DNA from: Octopus sinensis
Taxonomy: Eukaryota
NCBI RefSeq assembly: GCF_006345805.1
Contig: NC_043006.1
Location: forward strand, 27,404,001 to 27,468,000
Direction of reading: 5' to 3'
DNA length: 64,000 bases
Position 1 is the stretch's first letter, and each line of letters starts with the position of its first letter. Position numbers and translations under genes: made by a program. This document shows positions 26,195-39,521 of this stretch, piece after piece. The notes beneath the pieces are model-generated. The model did no database searches. It was not told the origin of the DNA and was given only the letters and a program-made list of their open reading frames with translations.

Positions 26195-27815
26195 TTAAGT
26201 ATATTTGAACATTGTAAATTTTTATATTCACTAAAATTTCATTCACTTGACAGCCAGGTATAAAGTATAAAGCAGATTACTATCAAGTATATACTCATAT
26301 ATTATTAAAGCTTTAATAATTGTAAGAAGTATGCTAAGGGCTGATGTGATCTTCATAGAATGTTTGTTACATTATTAAGATGGACTTTATAATCAATGAT
26401 ACTATAATCAGATCAAAATAATCTTTATAATATAAAAACAAAGGCAGTTTCTTTTCTGTTTTACTCTAGTAGTTTTATTTTGTTTCTGTACTTTTTGGAA
26501 GATTCTGGATGTGAAATTTTGTGTTAGATCAGAATTTGTTGTATCTTGGGAGGTTCTGTTTCATTTCTTTTATTATTACTAGTCAATTAGTTAACCATTT
26601 AACCAGTTAACTATTCAATTGTTTGATTCATTGTTTGGTCAATCAATCAACCAGCTAGGTTTGTCAGAGTTCTTTCATCACCATTCACGACTAAGTTCTT
26701 TAATCTCAATTTCCTACATCGGACTGTTTCTCCTCTACCACAATCTTCACTTATTAAATAACACTAAGAAATTCTTTTGTATATAAACAGAGATAACATT
26801 TGTAGAGGGATGAGACATAAGATTGCTTTGAATTTGGTCTAATACAATATTTATGTTGTCAATGCAATAGGCTTTTAAAAATACTTGGTAGGATTTGAAT
26901 TTAAAAACTAGAATATAGATAAATCTTGAGGGATATAATATAATGAGCTTAGTATATACAGTGCTCTAGTACACTATAACTCATCAAAAAGGTTAAAAAA
27001 GGAGTCAGAAAGTAGCTATGAGTCAAGTAAAGATATAACATTGAAAGCTAGATGTACTTGCACAGCACACAGAATAAAACACAAAAAGACAAAAAGTGAA
27101 CATTAAGAGCTGTAAAGTCGAAAGTGTTCATAGAGATGTCAAGAGTAGTTGTTGGTGAAATTTGGGAAGGGTGTAATTTTTGAAGGATGCAGTGTCCTGA
27201 TAGCTAACAATTGATAGAAGTAGCTTATTTTATGTTTCAATAATTCTGAGCATTAAAAAATTATTTCTGGAAGTCATGGGTGCCATATGGTTTTTGATTT
27301 TATAAGCCTGCCCACAAGTGGTAGAGGTATTGGATTCAAAAAGGTGGCCAAAGTTATTGTTAGAAATTTTGTGAACTTCTGCCAAGTCAGCTGCTAGGCA
27401 TCAGAACTTTAGCTCAATGTCCTAATTCTGATACCTCTACCTCTAGTTTGAATTTCTAATTATCTTTCTTAGCCTCAAGGTTAACTTATTGTAATGGAAG
27501 GTAGCATACTTGAATCAACTTCAGGACACTACAAGTACTAATTGACCGTTGCAAAGGGATGATAGTTCAGGATTTTCAGCAAGACTGGAACTCATAACAT
27601 TGAGATATTAAATTAGACACAATTAAGCATTAATTCTTAACTTTTACTAATGATGGCCATTGTTTTTATAAATACATATAGTCACAAACCTGGCTTACAT
27701 ACATAACTGATTTTTAATGGAAATATTAGTGTATTTATATAGCACACATCTAGTTGAGCTGCTTGTTAAACTCATTTCTGTTTATGATAGGGTTTAAATA
27801 AAAGAAACAACTTAC

Positions 27816-28142
27816 TTCTGTAATACTGTCAAGCATTTTTGCCATGGTTTCTCGGCGCTTTATCTTTGCTTTTTCCATTGCTTCAAGTTTCACAAGAACG
27901 GCATCGATTTTAGAGACAATGCTTCCAATGGAATGTTCCATGCGATCCACACGTCGAGAAAGTACTGTAAATTCTTCGTATGAAACACCATTAGTTACGC
28001 GTCCAGATCGTGAGACCTTTGAGCCATTGTCTTCATCATCACTGTCCTCTCCGCTGTCCTCCTGATAACTCATGCGACTACTACAGCGATTGTTGTTGTT
28101 AGCCTTTTCTTCTAATTCATCATATTCTTTATTTAGTGCATC
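27816..28142 (-). CDS. PKD2: PKD2 exon (acidic linker + coiled coil): DALNKEYDE...[30 protein letters not shown]...LDSITE
   Basis: cacaatag acceptor, GAA/GTAAGT donor, 327 nt, phase 0-0. Confidence 0.94.
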
Positions 28143-29779
28143 CTATTGTGGAGTGAATATCATGAATTATCATTATAGAATCATCAAACACAGCTAAATG
28201 TACATATCACAGAACTTGATAATTGGTTAAACAAAATCAAGATATAGTATAAATAACAAAATGTCAAGTTAATATGAAGTTAATATTCTGAAAAATTATC
28301 ATCTTTTTAAGTTAACTACATAAACACCAGCTACATACTAAGTAGTTTCTTAGGTCATCTGTTTATGAATTATACTGTCCTAAGTGACAGGGCTTAACAC
28401 TTTTTTCTCCATCCATAGATAGACATCAGTCTATCATGAAACACACTTCTCAGTAAGAACCAACACCTAGTAATCACAGATGTGGTAAATTAAAATGAAA
28501 CACAAGCAATCCGATATGAATTTATAACACTTTGGGTCAGTTATTTCAAATTTTATCTGCTTGGTTATTTCAGTACAAGATAGGTGCAGTTGTGGCTGTG
28601 TGGTTAAGAAGTTTGCATCTCAACTGCATGGTTTCAGGCTCAGTCCTAAGTGTTTTATACTTTAGCCCCATGCCAACCAAAGTCTTGCAAATAGATTTAG
28701 TAGAGGAAAAACCATCATACACACACACACACACACGTACATATTTATATATAAGCATTATTTACTAATATGCATTTTTGTAAGCTAATTATTTAAATTG
28801 ACTCTTCAATATATAACTTCCTAATCTCTCTAGCTCAGCTTTAGTTTTCTCCTTAATTCCTCATGTAATTTCCAACTGAAATCTCTCCAATACCCTTAGT
28901 TCTCCTTTCCGCCAATGCTCCCAAGTTGGCTACATATTTTTTCATACTATATCTTAAATAACCCTTGCCTCATTTTTTTCCCCTCCATGTTTCATGTTGG
29001 CTAAATATTTTTCTTACTATCTCTTAATCCTTCCTTTCACTATGGCTTCTTGTGCTATTCTCTGATACTCTCTCTCTCTCTGCTATTTTCTACTGCCCAA
29101 AGTGAAAATGCCATCATAATGTCCACTTCCGGTTGTAGCATATATATGAAAATACCTTTCTCACATGTTTCCCCTCTCAGATTTTCATGCAACTCATTCC
29201 AGTGCTGGTATCTATTGGAACCCAGTTATGCACTGATAAGCTATGATATTCTCTCATTTTTTTCGATCTTTTCACTCATTCATTCATTATTAATATGCAT
29301 TATTTACTAATAATGTATTTTCATAAGCTAATTATTTAAATTGACTCTTCAGTACATAACTTCCTAATCTCTCTCTCTCTCAGCCTTAGTTTTCTCCTTA
29401 ATTCTTCATGTCATTTCCAAATGATATCTCACTAATACCCTTCCTTAGTTCTCCTTTCCTCCCGTGTTCCCAAGTTGTTGGTTACATATTTTTTGTACTA
29501 TCTCTTTTGTACTATTCTTGCTTGTTCGTGGGTGTGCCTGTCCATTCCCGCCACCATCACCAATACCGGATATCTCTCTTTCTCACCAGAATCCCCCTCC
29601 CTCACTGGTGGTATCATACCTGCAAATTCGCCTCCCTCCTCTCCCGGGACAAACGCAACTAGTTTAACAGCCCACCTACTTAATCTAACACTGGCATATT
29701 GATATTGATATTTACTTTTATCTATTTATTTTGATTTATTTATTTATTTATACTTATATCTGCAGTACCAGTAATGTTT

Positions 29780-31095
29780 AAATTTATGAGGTTCATAACA
29801 CTTATACTTACAATGCCCCTAACGCTTACTCCTATCCCTGGTAGGGGCAACAGTCTTAATATGCTTGAATGTTTGAATGATGACAGGTCAAAAGTGAGAA
29901 CAGGTGTAGAGTGTCTATCAAACGAACATGGAAACCTTTTAAGGAGCTGAATAACATCTCCCCTCCCCATGCCTCCTTCCACATTCCTTTCCCAGTTTTT
30001 AGAGTAGGCACTGTCAATGTGGGCACATTGGAAGGTAGGTCTAGTGAGATTGTAGAGATGCTTGAACAGAGACATGCTGATGAATGCGCATACAAGCGGT
30101 AAGGTGGAGAGGAGTTTCAGCCAGGGTCTACATAGGCAAAGCAGACAGGTATAAAATCTTCTGGGTAACAGTGATTGAGTAGGGGGTGTAGGCATACTCC
30201 TTGCAGAGAAATGGGTGGATAAGATCATAGAGGTAATCAGGGTATGCGATAAACTGCTTAAGCCCAAGCTAGTCGTGCAGAATAGTATAGCTACAGTTAT
30301 CTCCGCCTACACCCCACAAGCAGACCTACCAAATGATTTGAAGGACCACTTTTATGATACCCTTCTCAAGGCTACCTCAAAGATGAGTGGCAATGACCTC
30401 ATCTTTGTGGCTGGAAATTTTAATGGGCATGTCGGACAGCAATCTGGTATCTTCCATGATGTCCATGGAATTGGTTCCGGAAACGAAGAGGGAACTAGGC
30501 TACTGGAGTTCTGTGATGCAAGCAGCCTATTAATCTGCAACGCCATCTTCAGAAAGCCAGAGAGCCACCTAATAACCTATCAATGAAGAGACCTATTAAG
30601 TCAAGTAAAATCAAAAAATCAAAAATCAAAATCAAAATCACAATCAGAACCTCAATCAACTCGAAATCAAAATAGAAATTGTAGTTGCGGCTGATGCCAG
30701 TGCCGCTGACTGGCTCCCATGCTGGTGGCACGCAATAAGCACCATTCATGCATGGGTCACTACCAGTCCCACCTGACTGGCTCCCTGTGCCGGTGGCACA
30801 TAAAAAGCACCAGCCGAATGTGGTTGATGCCAGCCCCCACCCTGACTGGCTCCTGTGCCAGTAGCACATAAAGAGCACCATCCAAACATGGCCGATGCCA
30901 GTGCCACCTGACTGGCACGTAAAAAGCACCCATTACACTCTCAGAGTGGTTGGCATCAGGAAGGGCGTCCAGCTGTAGAAATATTGTCACATCAGATTGG
31001 AGCCTGATGCAGCCTCCTGGCTTGCCAGTCCCCAGTCAAACTGTCCAACCCATGCCAGCATGGAAAACAGATTTTAAACGATGATGATGATGATG
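29780..31095 (+). mobile_element. RTE LINE derivative: endonuclease region joined to 3' UTR and (ATG)n tail
   Basis: RVGTVNVGTL, VISAYTPQ, AGNFNGHVG and LLEFCDA..LLICNAIFRK APE motifs; at about 30584 it jumps to the gagacctatt..aaattgtagttg 3' UTR and tail. Confidence 0.85.
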
Positions 31096-31101
31096 TATGT
31101 A

Positions 31102-31555
31102 TGAGATGGTATCAAAACGTTCCTGGGCTAGTTATGTTTAATAAAAGATAACTTGTTTACATTAGTTTTAACACCATCTTCTTTGAAATAGTCACCTTGC
31201 ACAACAATACACCAGTCCCAGCATTCCTGCCACTTTTGGAATCCAACCTGGAAGTAATTTTCTGTAAGCAAGTTGAGGAACTTCTGTGATTCACTTTCGA
31301 TCTCAACAATGGTATTAAAACAGAGACCTTTGAGCTGCATTTTCATCTTGGGGAAGAGATGGAACTCCACAGGTGTTAAATCTGGTGAATAGGGCGGGTG
31401 CAGAAGCAATAACATGGTTTTGGTGAGATACTCATGAGTGAGGAGAGCTCACAGCCTCATGAACATTATTGCTGCTCTCATTGTTCATGCAGCCATGTGC
31501 TGGCATCTGTTGGCACACTACAAAACTAGTCCAGGAACTTTTTGATATCACCTCG
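31102..31555 (-). mobile_element. Internally deleted mariner (MITE-size) with TIRs and TA target duplication
   Basis: TIRs tatgagatggtatcaaaacgttcctgggctagt and (rc) tacgaggtgatatcaaaaagttcctggactagt; HPPYSPDLTP..FQKWQECW..GDYF transposase C-terminus. Confidence 0.9.
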
Positions 31556-32239
31556 TATGTATGTATGTATGTATGTACATACGTACATATAGATATGTAT
31601 GTATATATATGAGTGTATGATTGTGTTTCCTTGGTTACTCATCACATGATAGTTGTAAATGAGTGTTACTGTCACACAAGCAGTACATTTTTATATTATT
31701 ATTGTTAGGGTTATATTATTATCTTCATATTATTATAGTTACAAAGAGTGTTTCCACCTTCATGGTTCTAATGAATAAACAAATGTGTGTTATGATGTCT
31801 TAGTCATAGAAAAATAATGATTAATAATTGTCACATGATATTTTAAGTGTCTTCACATAATTATATCTAGATTAAAAGAGGTAACAGGTCATCAGTTACT
31901 GGAAAATCAATGCCCAAAGGGCTGCACAAGTGGACTGAACCTATTCTTAACCACACATCCATGCCTGCACCTTGTAATTTTATTTTTAATCATTATATTA
32001 TTTACTACCATGTAAGAGAATGAATAAAAATGATAAGTAAAAAGAAAGCTGTTTGCTTTGAACTTTACAATCAGAAGTCCAAAGGTCACAATTTCCTTGT
32101 TAAAATGGACATCTCTCTGGTTTTTTTCTTTTTTTTTTTTGTTCTTATTTTACCTATATTTTTCTTTTCCAAACCTGGCTTATTTTACAATTTCAGAAAT
32201 ATTCCAGAATCATGTAAATGTGATATTTAGTAGTCTTAC

Positions 32240-32357
32240 TGTTTGTGCTTTCAAATCAGCGTTCATTTTCTTCTGTTCATCTTCATCAAGAACTCTGTCA
32301 CCATTAAGATCATATTTAGCAAACATTAATTCAATCTCTTCATCAGCATAACCACGC
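32240..32357 (-). CDS. PKD2: PKD2 exon (EF-hand 2): RGYADEEIELMFAKYDLNGDRVLDEDEQKKMNADLKAQT
   Basis: Translated by hand; cttaatag acceptor, ACA/GTAAGA donor, 118 nt, phase 2-0. Confidence 0.94.
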
Positions 32358-33879
32358 CTATTAAGAACCAATGAAAATTAATTTTGACATCAGCCTTTAA
32401 TTACCTTGTTATCAATTAAAAAATTTAAAAAATGCTTCATTGTATTTTATTAAATAAGTTCTTTCAAGTTTTGCATTCAAATCCTGCTGAGGTTAACTTT
32501 GCTTTTTATTCTTCAATAAATTAAGCATCATGTACAACTGGGCCCTTTGCACAATTTTCTTCCCCCTCAGTATCCCCACACCCACCCCTAAACTACAGCT
32601 CTTCCTTGATTCCACTGCTTACTACCCAGACCTTCTTCATCCATTAATACTGTCCTCTTCCTTTGCACTCTACAAAGATCACTACTGAGCTACCAAATTA
32701 TCTTAACTCCTCCACCTATGTGTCACTACTCCCCTACATTGTTGGTGAACACTTACCTCCCCTATTCCCATCTCCCCTCTACCATACAGTCTTGCAACCT
32801 CTACCCACCTATAATCATGGTTCCTCTACCCTACTTATTTCTACCCACCTCATATCTTCAAGGTCCACCCTGATACCTCATCACAATTATTTTTTATCAT
32901 TTTCCAGCCCCAACTAATCACTTCCACCTTTTCTTCTAAAATGTGAGTAGCCATGCAGCTTCTCTACAAGAAACTTGTTCTGTGTTGGTCCCTTCTCTCA
33001 TACTTTCATGTTCCATCTCCAGCATAACGCTGCCCACATAGGGTTTGTAGTCTTGCAAACAGTACGACCACTTCAGTAGTACTGGTGGCATGTAAAAAGC
33101 ACCCAGTACTCACTATCAAGTAGTTGGCATTAGGAAAGGCTGTGAAACCATACCAACACAGACCCTGGGGCATAATGCAGACATTGGATCCATCAGGTCT
33201 TGTTAAACCTTCCAACCCATGTCAGCATGGAAAATGTGAACATTAAATGATGATGTCATTATAAGCACTGAGGTTGATTAAATCAATTACACACTTCCCA
33301 TAAATTTTGTACCATTTTTTATACCAAAGCTTAAAATCCTTAATGAAAGTAGTGAACTGAACACCTTACAAGATTTAGTCGTGATTTTGAGCTTCAAATC
33401 TTGCAGGGATCAACTTTGCATTCTTCTAATGTCAATTAAATGAATACCAAGTATGCTCTAAGATTTGTTCACTTAAAATCATTCCCTTTCATATAAAATC
33501 GTTGCCTTGGACCTTTGTAACAAACTGCTACTAACAATTGCTACTACTACAATTGTGATTTGAGTATAAACAATGTAGTTTCATATGCTTTATAACACTT
33601 AGTTTCTGACTTTATGTTTCTGAAGTTAAGATACCCTCAGTGTCATCAGAGGGATGCAAGGAAAAAGCTGACAAAATAAGATATCGGAATAAGGTACCAA
33701 ACTACAAATGGTAAAAATATATATCGTCCAGCTTCCTTCTACAATCTATGCTAAAATGGTTTTTCTTTTTTTAAATAAAAAAAAAAAAAACTGGTTCTAT
33801 TGATCTCGATTCCACTGGCTCACCAAAGCAGCTCTATGAAACTAGAATTAGGTGAAACAAATAGCTCAATGATACTCAC

Positions 33880-34013
33880 GATTTCATGTCTTGGCGCCAT
33901 TCCTCAAAGTCAAGTTGCTTGTCATTGTTCATGTCAGCAGATTGCAGAGCCTTTTGGATATCAACAATCTTATCCCTTTTGAAGTTCAATTTGTCAGCCA
34001 TTCTTTGGTAGCC
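33880..34013 (-). CDS. PKD2: PKD2 exon (EF-hand 1): GYQRMADKLNFKRDKIVDIQKALQSADMNNDKQLDFEEWRQDMK
   Basis: Translated by hand; tttctgcag acceptor, TC/GTGAGT donor, 134 nt, phase 0-2. Confidence 0.92.
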
Positions 34014-34332
34014 CTGCAGAAAAAATTAAAATAGATAAAACTCATCAGCAAACCAAATTATCTCAACTTAAAAACATTCTTGTATTCATTATGAGTGAAA
34101 GACAGAAATGATTGATACATTGTATATTCAGATGTGGCTGTTTGGTAAGAAATTTACTTCCCAACCACATGGTTCCAGATACAGTCCCACTGTGTGGCAC
34201 CTTGGTCATGTGTCTTCTACTGTAGCCTCAGGCCGACCAAAGTCTTGTGAGAGGATTTGGGAGATGGATATTGAAAGAAAATTGTCATATCTTTGTATGT
34301 CTATGTCTGTATATATATTTGTGTATATATAC

Positions 34333-34379
<47 letters not shown>

Positions 34380-35810
34380 TGAGTGTGTGTATGTATATAT
34401 ATATATATATAAGTTCAGCAAAATTTAGATTCAAATGAATATGGTACTTAAGTTAGATGCACCAGAATTTTGTATGGTGTTATCCATATAAATCCATGGG
34501 GTGATTATAATAAAAAATAAGCAACAAGAATAACTTCGGTAATTTGGTACAGTCGTTTCACGCTACATCATTTTATTAAATATTGTAAGTATTACAATAG
34601 TTTTAAAATGTTGAGCAATCATCAGTCATTTATAGAGGTTTTCCATTAATACATAATTTTCATATCAATTGATAACATTATAAAAAGGTAGATATATAGA
34701 CAAAAATGTCAATTTAAATTTTAAGAACATTAAGGTAGTAGAGTTTATCCTCTGACTGAAGAATATTCATTAAGTTATTTTGAACTGCTCGAAGGTTGGG
34801 GAAGTATAATCAGTTGAAAGAAGACAAAAAGATTTTCTATTTATAGAAATAGGGGTGAAATAAATGTCAGAAGGTCTTCATAAAGAAATTAAGGTAGAGA
34901 GGGGGTTGTAATGCCATAGAAGCTGTTTACTACTACTTGGCAAACAGATTTTGTATTAGGAAAACTAGGTCAATGTCAGATGGTCACAGTGACCACTTAT
35001 ATATCAAAAAGTTATAGAGAATACAGAGATTCTTTTATACTTATATACATCAGTTTTATACTTAGCTGGTAGGTGTTGAATATTTTGATATGTTGGATTA
35101 AAGGAGAAATTATAAATCTAATATTTATTCATTTTGGAGAAAAATCTATCATTTATTATGAGTAGGCATAACACTCAATAACTGAGGACAAAAGTCTTAT
35201 TAATAAAGTGAATATATTAGGGGTCAAATATATATATTAGAAAAACTGGAAGAGGAGTAATCAAGAAGAATAATTTTCTTAGGTTTAGTAGAAGGTGATT
35301 CATTTTTATGAAGAGAAGTAATTAAGAAGAGTAAATTACTCAGATTTAGTAGATAGTGAATTGTTATTAATGAATTAAAATATAGAATCTGTTCGACATA
35401 ATATTTACTACCCATGTTCAGCCACACTTCTTTCTTCTTTTTTTTTAAGCCTGGTACTTATTCTACTGATCTCTTTTGCTGAACTGCTAAGTTATTGGGG
35501 CATGTGTGTGTTTGTGTGTGCGTATGTGTGTATGCATTGCATGCATGTGCTTACTCCTATCTTAACATCATGTAATGGCTATAAACAAGCATCACTACCA
35601 TGCAAGCAATGTTGTTCATTTCCACTCTTCCATGAAAAACATGCCTGACCATGAGAAACAGGAAGGGCATCCAGCTGCAGAAAATTTGCCTCAACAAATT
35701 CTGTTTGACCCATACTAGCATGGAAAAGTAGATGTTAAACAATGATGATGATGATGGTGGTAATGATATACATATAATAGGATGTTCTAGTACAAAAAGT
35801 GAAAGCCTAC

Positions 35811-36030
35811 CCGCTTAAAGTAGTCAGTCATCTCGAATTCACTCTTCTGATTAGCAATATCACCTTTTACCTCAGAATAGGTATCATTGATAATTGCCAG
35901 GAACATATTGAGAAGGATGAAGAATACAAAGAATACATAGAGAATAAAGAATATTGGTCCTAATACTCGGTTTGCAGATTCTAACTGGTGGAAGTCAAAG
36001 TCACCCAAGATAATTCGGAACAAGGTGAAA
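35811..36030 (-). CDS. PKD2: PKD2 exon (pore, S6): [25 protein letters not shown]...[17 protein letters not shown]...YFKR
   Basis: tgttccag acceptor, CGG/GTAGGC donor, 220 nt, phase 2-0. Confidence 0.96.
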
Positions 36031-36637
36031 CTGGAACATAAAATAGAGGACAAGATATAACAACAAAAACATTGTAATTCATACATTCAAACTCTTGTCT
36101 CAGAAGTATTATCATGCATGTTAATGAGAGAGATGGTGGGAAGAGACAGACAGACAGATAAAGAAATAACATTTTGCCAGCCATCTTTCTCTGTTAAAAG
36201 GAATTCTTTGATGGAAAATATTATTTAGAAATCTACTTAAGTTGTTGGACCCACTGCAGTTGTTGTTGCTGTTAGCCACAAGTTAGCGACCACCAATTAG
36301 ACTGATGACCAAAGGTATTTCAGTAGTGACCATCCTGACTTTTTTTTAGGATGTCTATGACTACATTAGCTAATGAGTCCTTCTCATTTTTAAGGTTGTT
36401 GGATGTGGTTTGACAGAAATTTGGCTGCTATTTCTAGCCAGTCAAATGACAACATAGAAACTCCTAAGTAGGCTTGCAGTTTTAAATATGGATACCTTTC
36501 TCAGTTCCAACTGGAAAATGAATATAGAATTTACTGTTCATTTCAGTTTACTACGCCAACAGAAGAATGTATTTTGACTGTGTAGTCACTATTTTCAATG
36601 ATACATGGATAAAAGTTATCTGCTTTAACTCTGTCTC

Positions 36638-36875
36638 TTAACCCTTTGGACTTAAAAGTATGCTTTAGCAGGTGCAATTTTATATCTATACACCCAAAAA
36701 GTCATAAAAGCAGGTGGCTGCATGGTTTCGTGTTTATGGCTGAAAATAATGATATTTCTACCAATTAGCAAGCCATAAACACAAAACACTGGAGTCAACC
36801 ACTTTTGCATCTTCCAGGGGTATGGTCAAATGAAACTAAGCCCACTAAAGCATAATTATGGATTCAAAGGGTTAA
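36638..36875. mobile_element. piggyBac-like MITE
   Basis: TTAA-CCCTTTGGA ... TTCAAAGGG-TTAA; internal inverted gtgtttatggct/agccataaacac. Confidence 0.7.
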
Positions 36876-37950
36876 TTTTATCAATTTTTCCCAATTGGAC
36901 ACTTATCTAAACTGTTACATCAATCAAACCTTGATAGCATATTACTGGTGTAATTTTAACGACTCCAGAACAATTAAAGATTGGCTCAGTCTAAGTATTG
37001 AATTTATTAACAAATGTGTGACTTGTCAACAAATCAAAATAATAATACCAAGAAAATAATACATTAAAACAGTATATTCTGGATCATGAATTCACATCTG
37101 AAAGCTGATGTTGCACTGTGACTCCTATCAAGAATTTGAATAATTGCCACCAAGGGAATTATTAAAACTTCTAAATTTATCAAACATATTTTTTTTTGAT
37201 ATTTTAGAAAATTCAGTTATATTGTCTTTGTATATATTTTTCTTCATTGTTCAATAAAATGTACACTCATACAATATCAGAAAAACAGAGATAAATAAGT
37301 AAAGATGTACCAAAATACAATGGGTATATGCATGAGGGATATTACTTCAATTATCTTCAATTTGTTGCTGCTCTTTAGCACCAGATTAGTCCTGATGAAG
37401 CAGATTTATGATCAAAAGTGTCCCAGTTGTGATTATCCAGCCTCTATTTTTTTTTGTAACACACATAGTGTCTAAGACTAAATTTTCCAACATATTCTTC
37501 AAGCCAACAAGAGAGCCTCTACTTGCTTGCTCAACCTGCTAGAAATAATAGTCAAATTTACCTGATACTGCAGACAGGATATCTAGATACTGGTCAAAGG
37601 ATTGCCATTTTATTTCATGTCACCCACTAGCACAGAATATTGCCCATAAAGAAAATACTTGAAGCTTAACAATCCAGTCCACCCACCTGTAAATAGGTAC
37701 CATTGCTCAAAGCCAAATGCAACAGGTGACATTGTAAGATCAATGGGTGCTTCGTGATCTTGTGGAACAGTCACGTATAGATAACTTTTTCAATGATCAT
37801 GGAACTCACCCACCACCTTAACAAAATATTAACCTGTTACTATTGTTACAAACCTATGATCAAAGATAGTCTGACTGTGACCATCCTATCTTTTTGCCTT
37901 TTTAGGACTACATTATCCAATGTGTCCTTCCTTTTATTAAGGCTGAAGAG

Positions 37951-38171
37951 CATGCATGGGCAACCTGCAGCCCATGACATGTTGTGTGGCCCTCAACGAG
38001 TTTCAAGGTTACTAATTTCATACTAAGACAAATAAAATTAAGAACTTCAAAAAAATTCATTGTAAAGTGGGCATATAACATTTCATGTATATGTGTTTTA
38101 TCATGCGGCCCTCTCCCACTTGGATATGGTATGATGCGGCCCCCAGTTGACAAAAAGTTTGCCAATCTCTG
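37951..38171. mobile_element. hAT (Charlie-like) MITE
   Basis: Ends catgcatgggcaacct and aagtttgccaatctctg; 8-bp target duplication ctgaagag / ctgtagag (1 mismatch). Confidence 0.75.
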
Positions 38172-38371
38172 CTGTAGAGTAGGATTTAAATGAAATGTAG
38201 CTGCTATTTCTAGCAAGTCCAATGACTATGTAGGGGCTCCCACATTGGCTCACAGTATGTACTGTTAACATATTTCAGATGTTTGGAATGACCGTAATTT
38301 TTCTCCATCATAAGTCAATTGAGCAACGAAAAAAGCAAAATAAATAAATCTTTTAAAAAATGTAATCTTAC

Positions 38372-38553
38372 AAAGCACTTTCAAAGCTGCTAAATTCTTT
38401 CACTTGAGTTCCAAAGATTAGATAACCAAGTTGTGTGAAAGCCAGGAAAATAATGAAGAACATGACAGCAAATCCAGCCAGATCTTTGGCACATTTACCA
38501 AGAGTCGATGACAGTTGTGTCATGGTTTTGTTGAAGCTAATGTATTTGAAGAT
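38372..38553 (-). CDS. PKD2: PKD2 exon (S4-S5 linker, S5): [60 protein letters not shown]
   Basis: Not in the ORF track; translated by hand. tttcag acceptor, TT/GTAAGA donor, 182 nt, phase 0-2. Confidence 0.96.
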
Positions 38554-39521
38554 CTGAAATATTGGTAAGAGAGGATGTGTTAATTAAAAATAATTAGAAT
38601 GGAAAAAATAATGAATAATTAACTTGAGAAACATCTTGCTTTCTTTTTAAGTTGAATGAGGAGATGTAGTACCTATGATGTTTTCAGAGACCTTCTGGGG
38701 AAATTAATTCAGCTGATGTTCTTGGATTTCTTGTTCAAAGAGTCATGATAATCCTGCACATGTAATTAGCATCTAATTCATGAAACTAGTATTCAAATAC
38801 CTTATTCAATTGGCCAATTTGGATTTATGTTTAGACATGGGTTTGTGGTTAAGAAGTTTGCTTCCTGACAACATGGCTTCAGTGACACCTTGGACAAGTG
38901 TCTTCTCAATAACCCATAGCCCAGAGACAACCAAACCTTTTTAAGTGAATTTGGTAGATGAGACCTGAATGATGGTTATTGTGTGTATGTGTGTGTGCAT
39001 GTGTGTGTGTATATATATATATATAGAGAGAGAGAGACAGACAGACAGAGAGACAGAGGGTGTGGTAAACATATTTTTGTCTAAATTATGCAAAAATGAA
39101 CATAACACTGACATCTCATTTTTACAAATATATTTACTAAACATGACCTTGCTTGAATGTTGTTTTTCACATGCCACTGACACAAGTGCCAGTAAGGCGA
39201 CGCTGGTAATGATCATGTTCAAATGGTGCTTTTTACATGTCACCAGCACGGGAGCCAGTCAACATCCTGGCAATGAACATGCTTGGAAGGTGCTCTTAGC
39301 ACTCCACTGGCATGGATCCCAGTCATGCGGTGCTGTCATCGAATTTGGTTTCGATTTCACTTGCCTCAACAGGTCTTTGCAAGCAGAGCTTAGTGTCCAG
39401 TGAAGGAAAGGTATGCATAAGTGGGCTGGCCAGGTAAAAATATATATATTGTGAGTGTGTGTATGTGTTGTGTGTGTAATGTATATATATATATATAATA
39501 ACTTATATATTGTCTTCTTAC

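Noticed and set aside
30693-30930. Regularly spaced ~60-nt repeats resembling a CRISPR array
   Set aside because: Eukaryotic context, no unique spacers or cas genes; part of the RTE 3' UTR
27844-33982. Plus-strand ORFs 27844-28065, 32058-32351 and 33800-33982
   Set aside because: Antisense shadows of PKD2 exons with no independent gene signals
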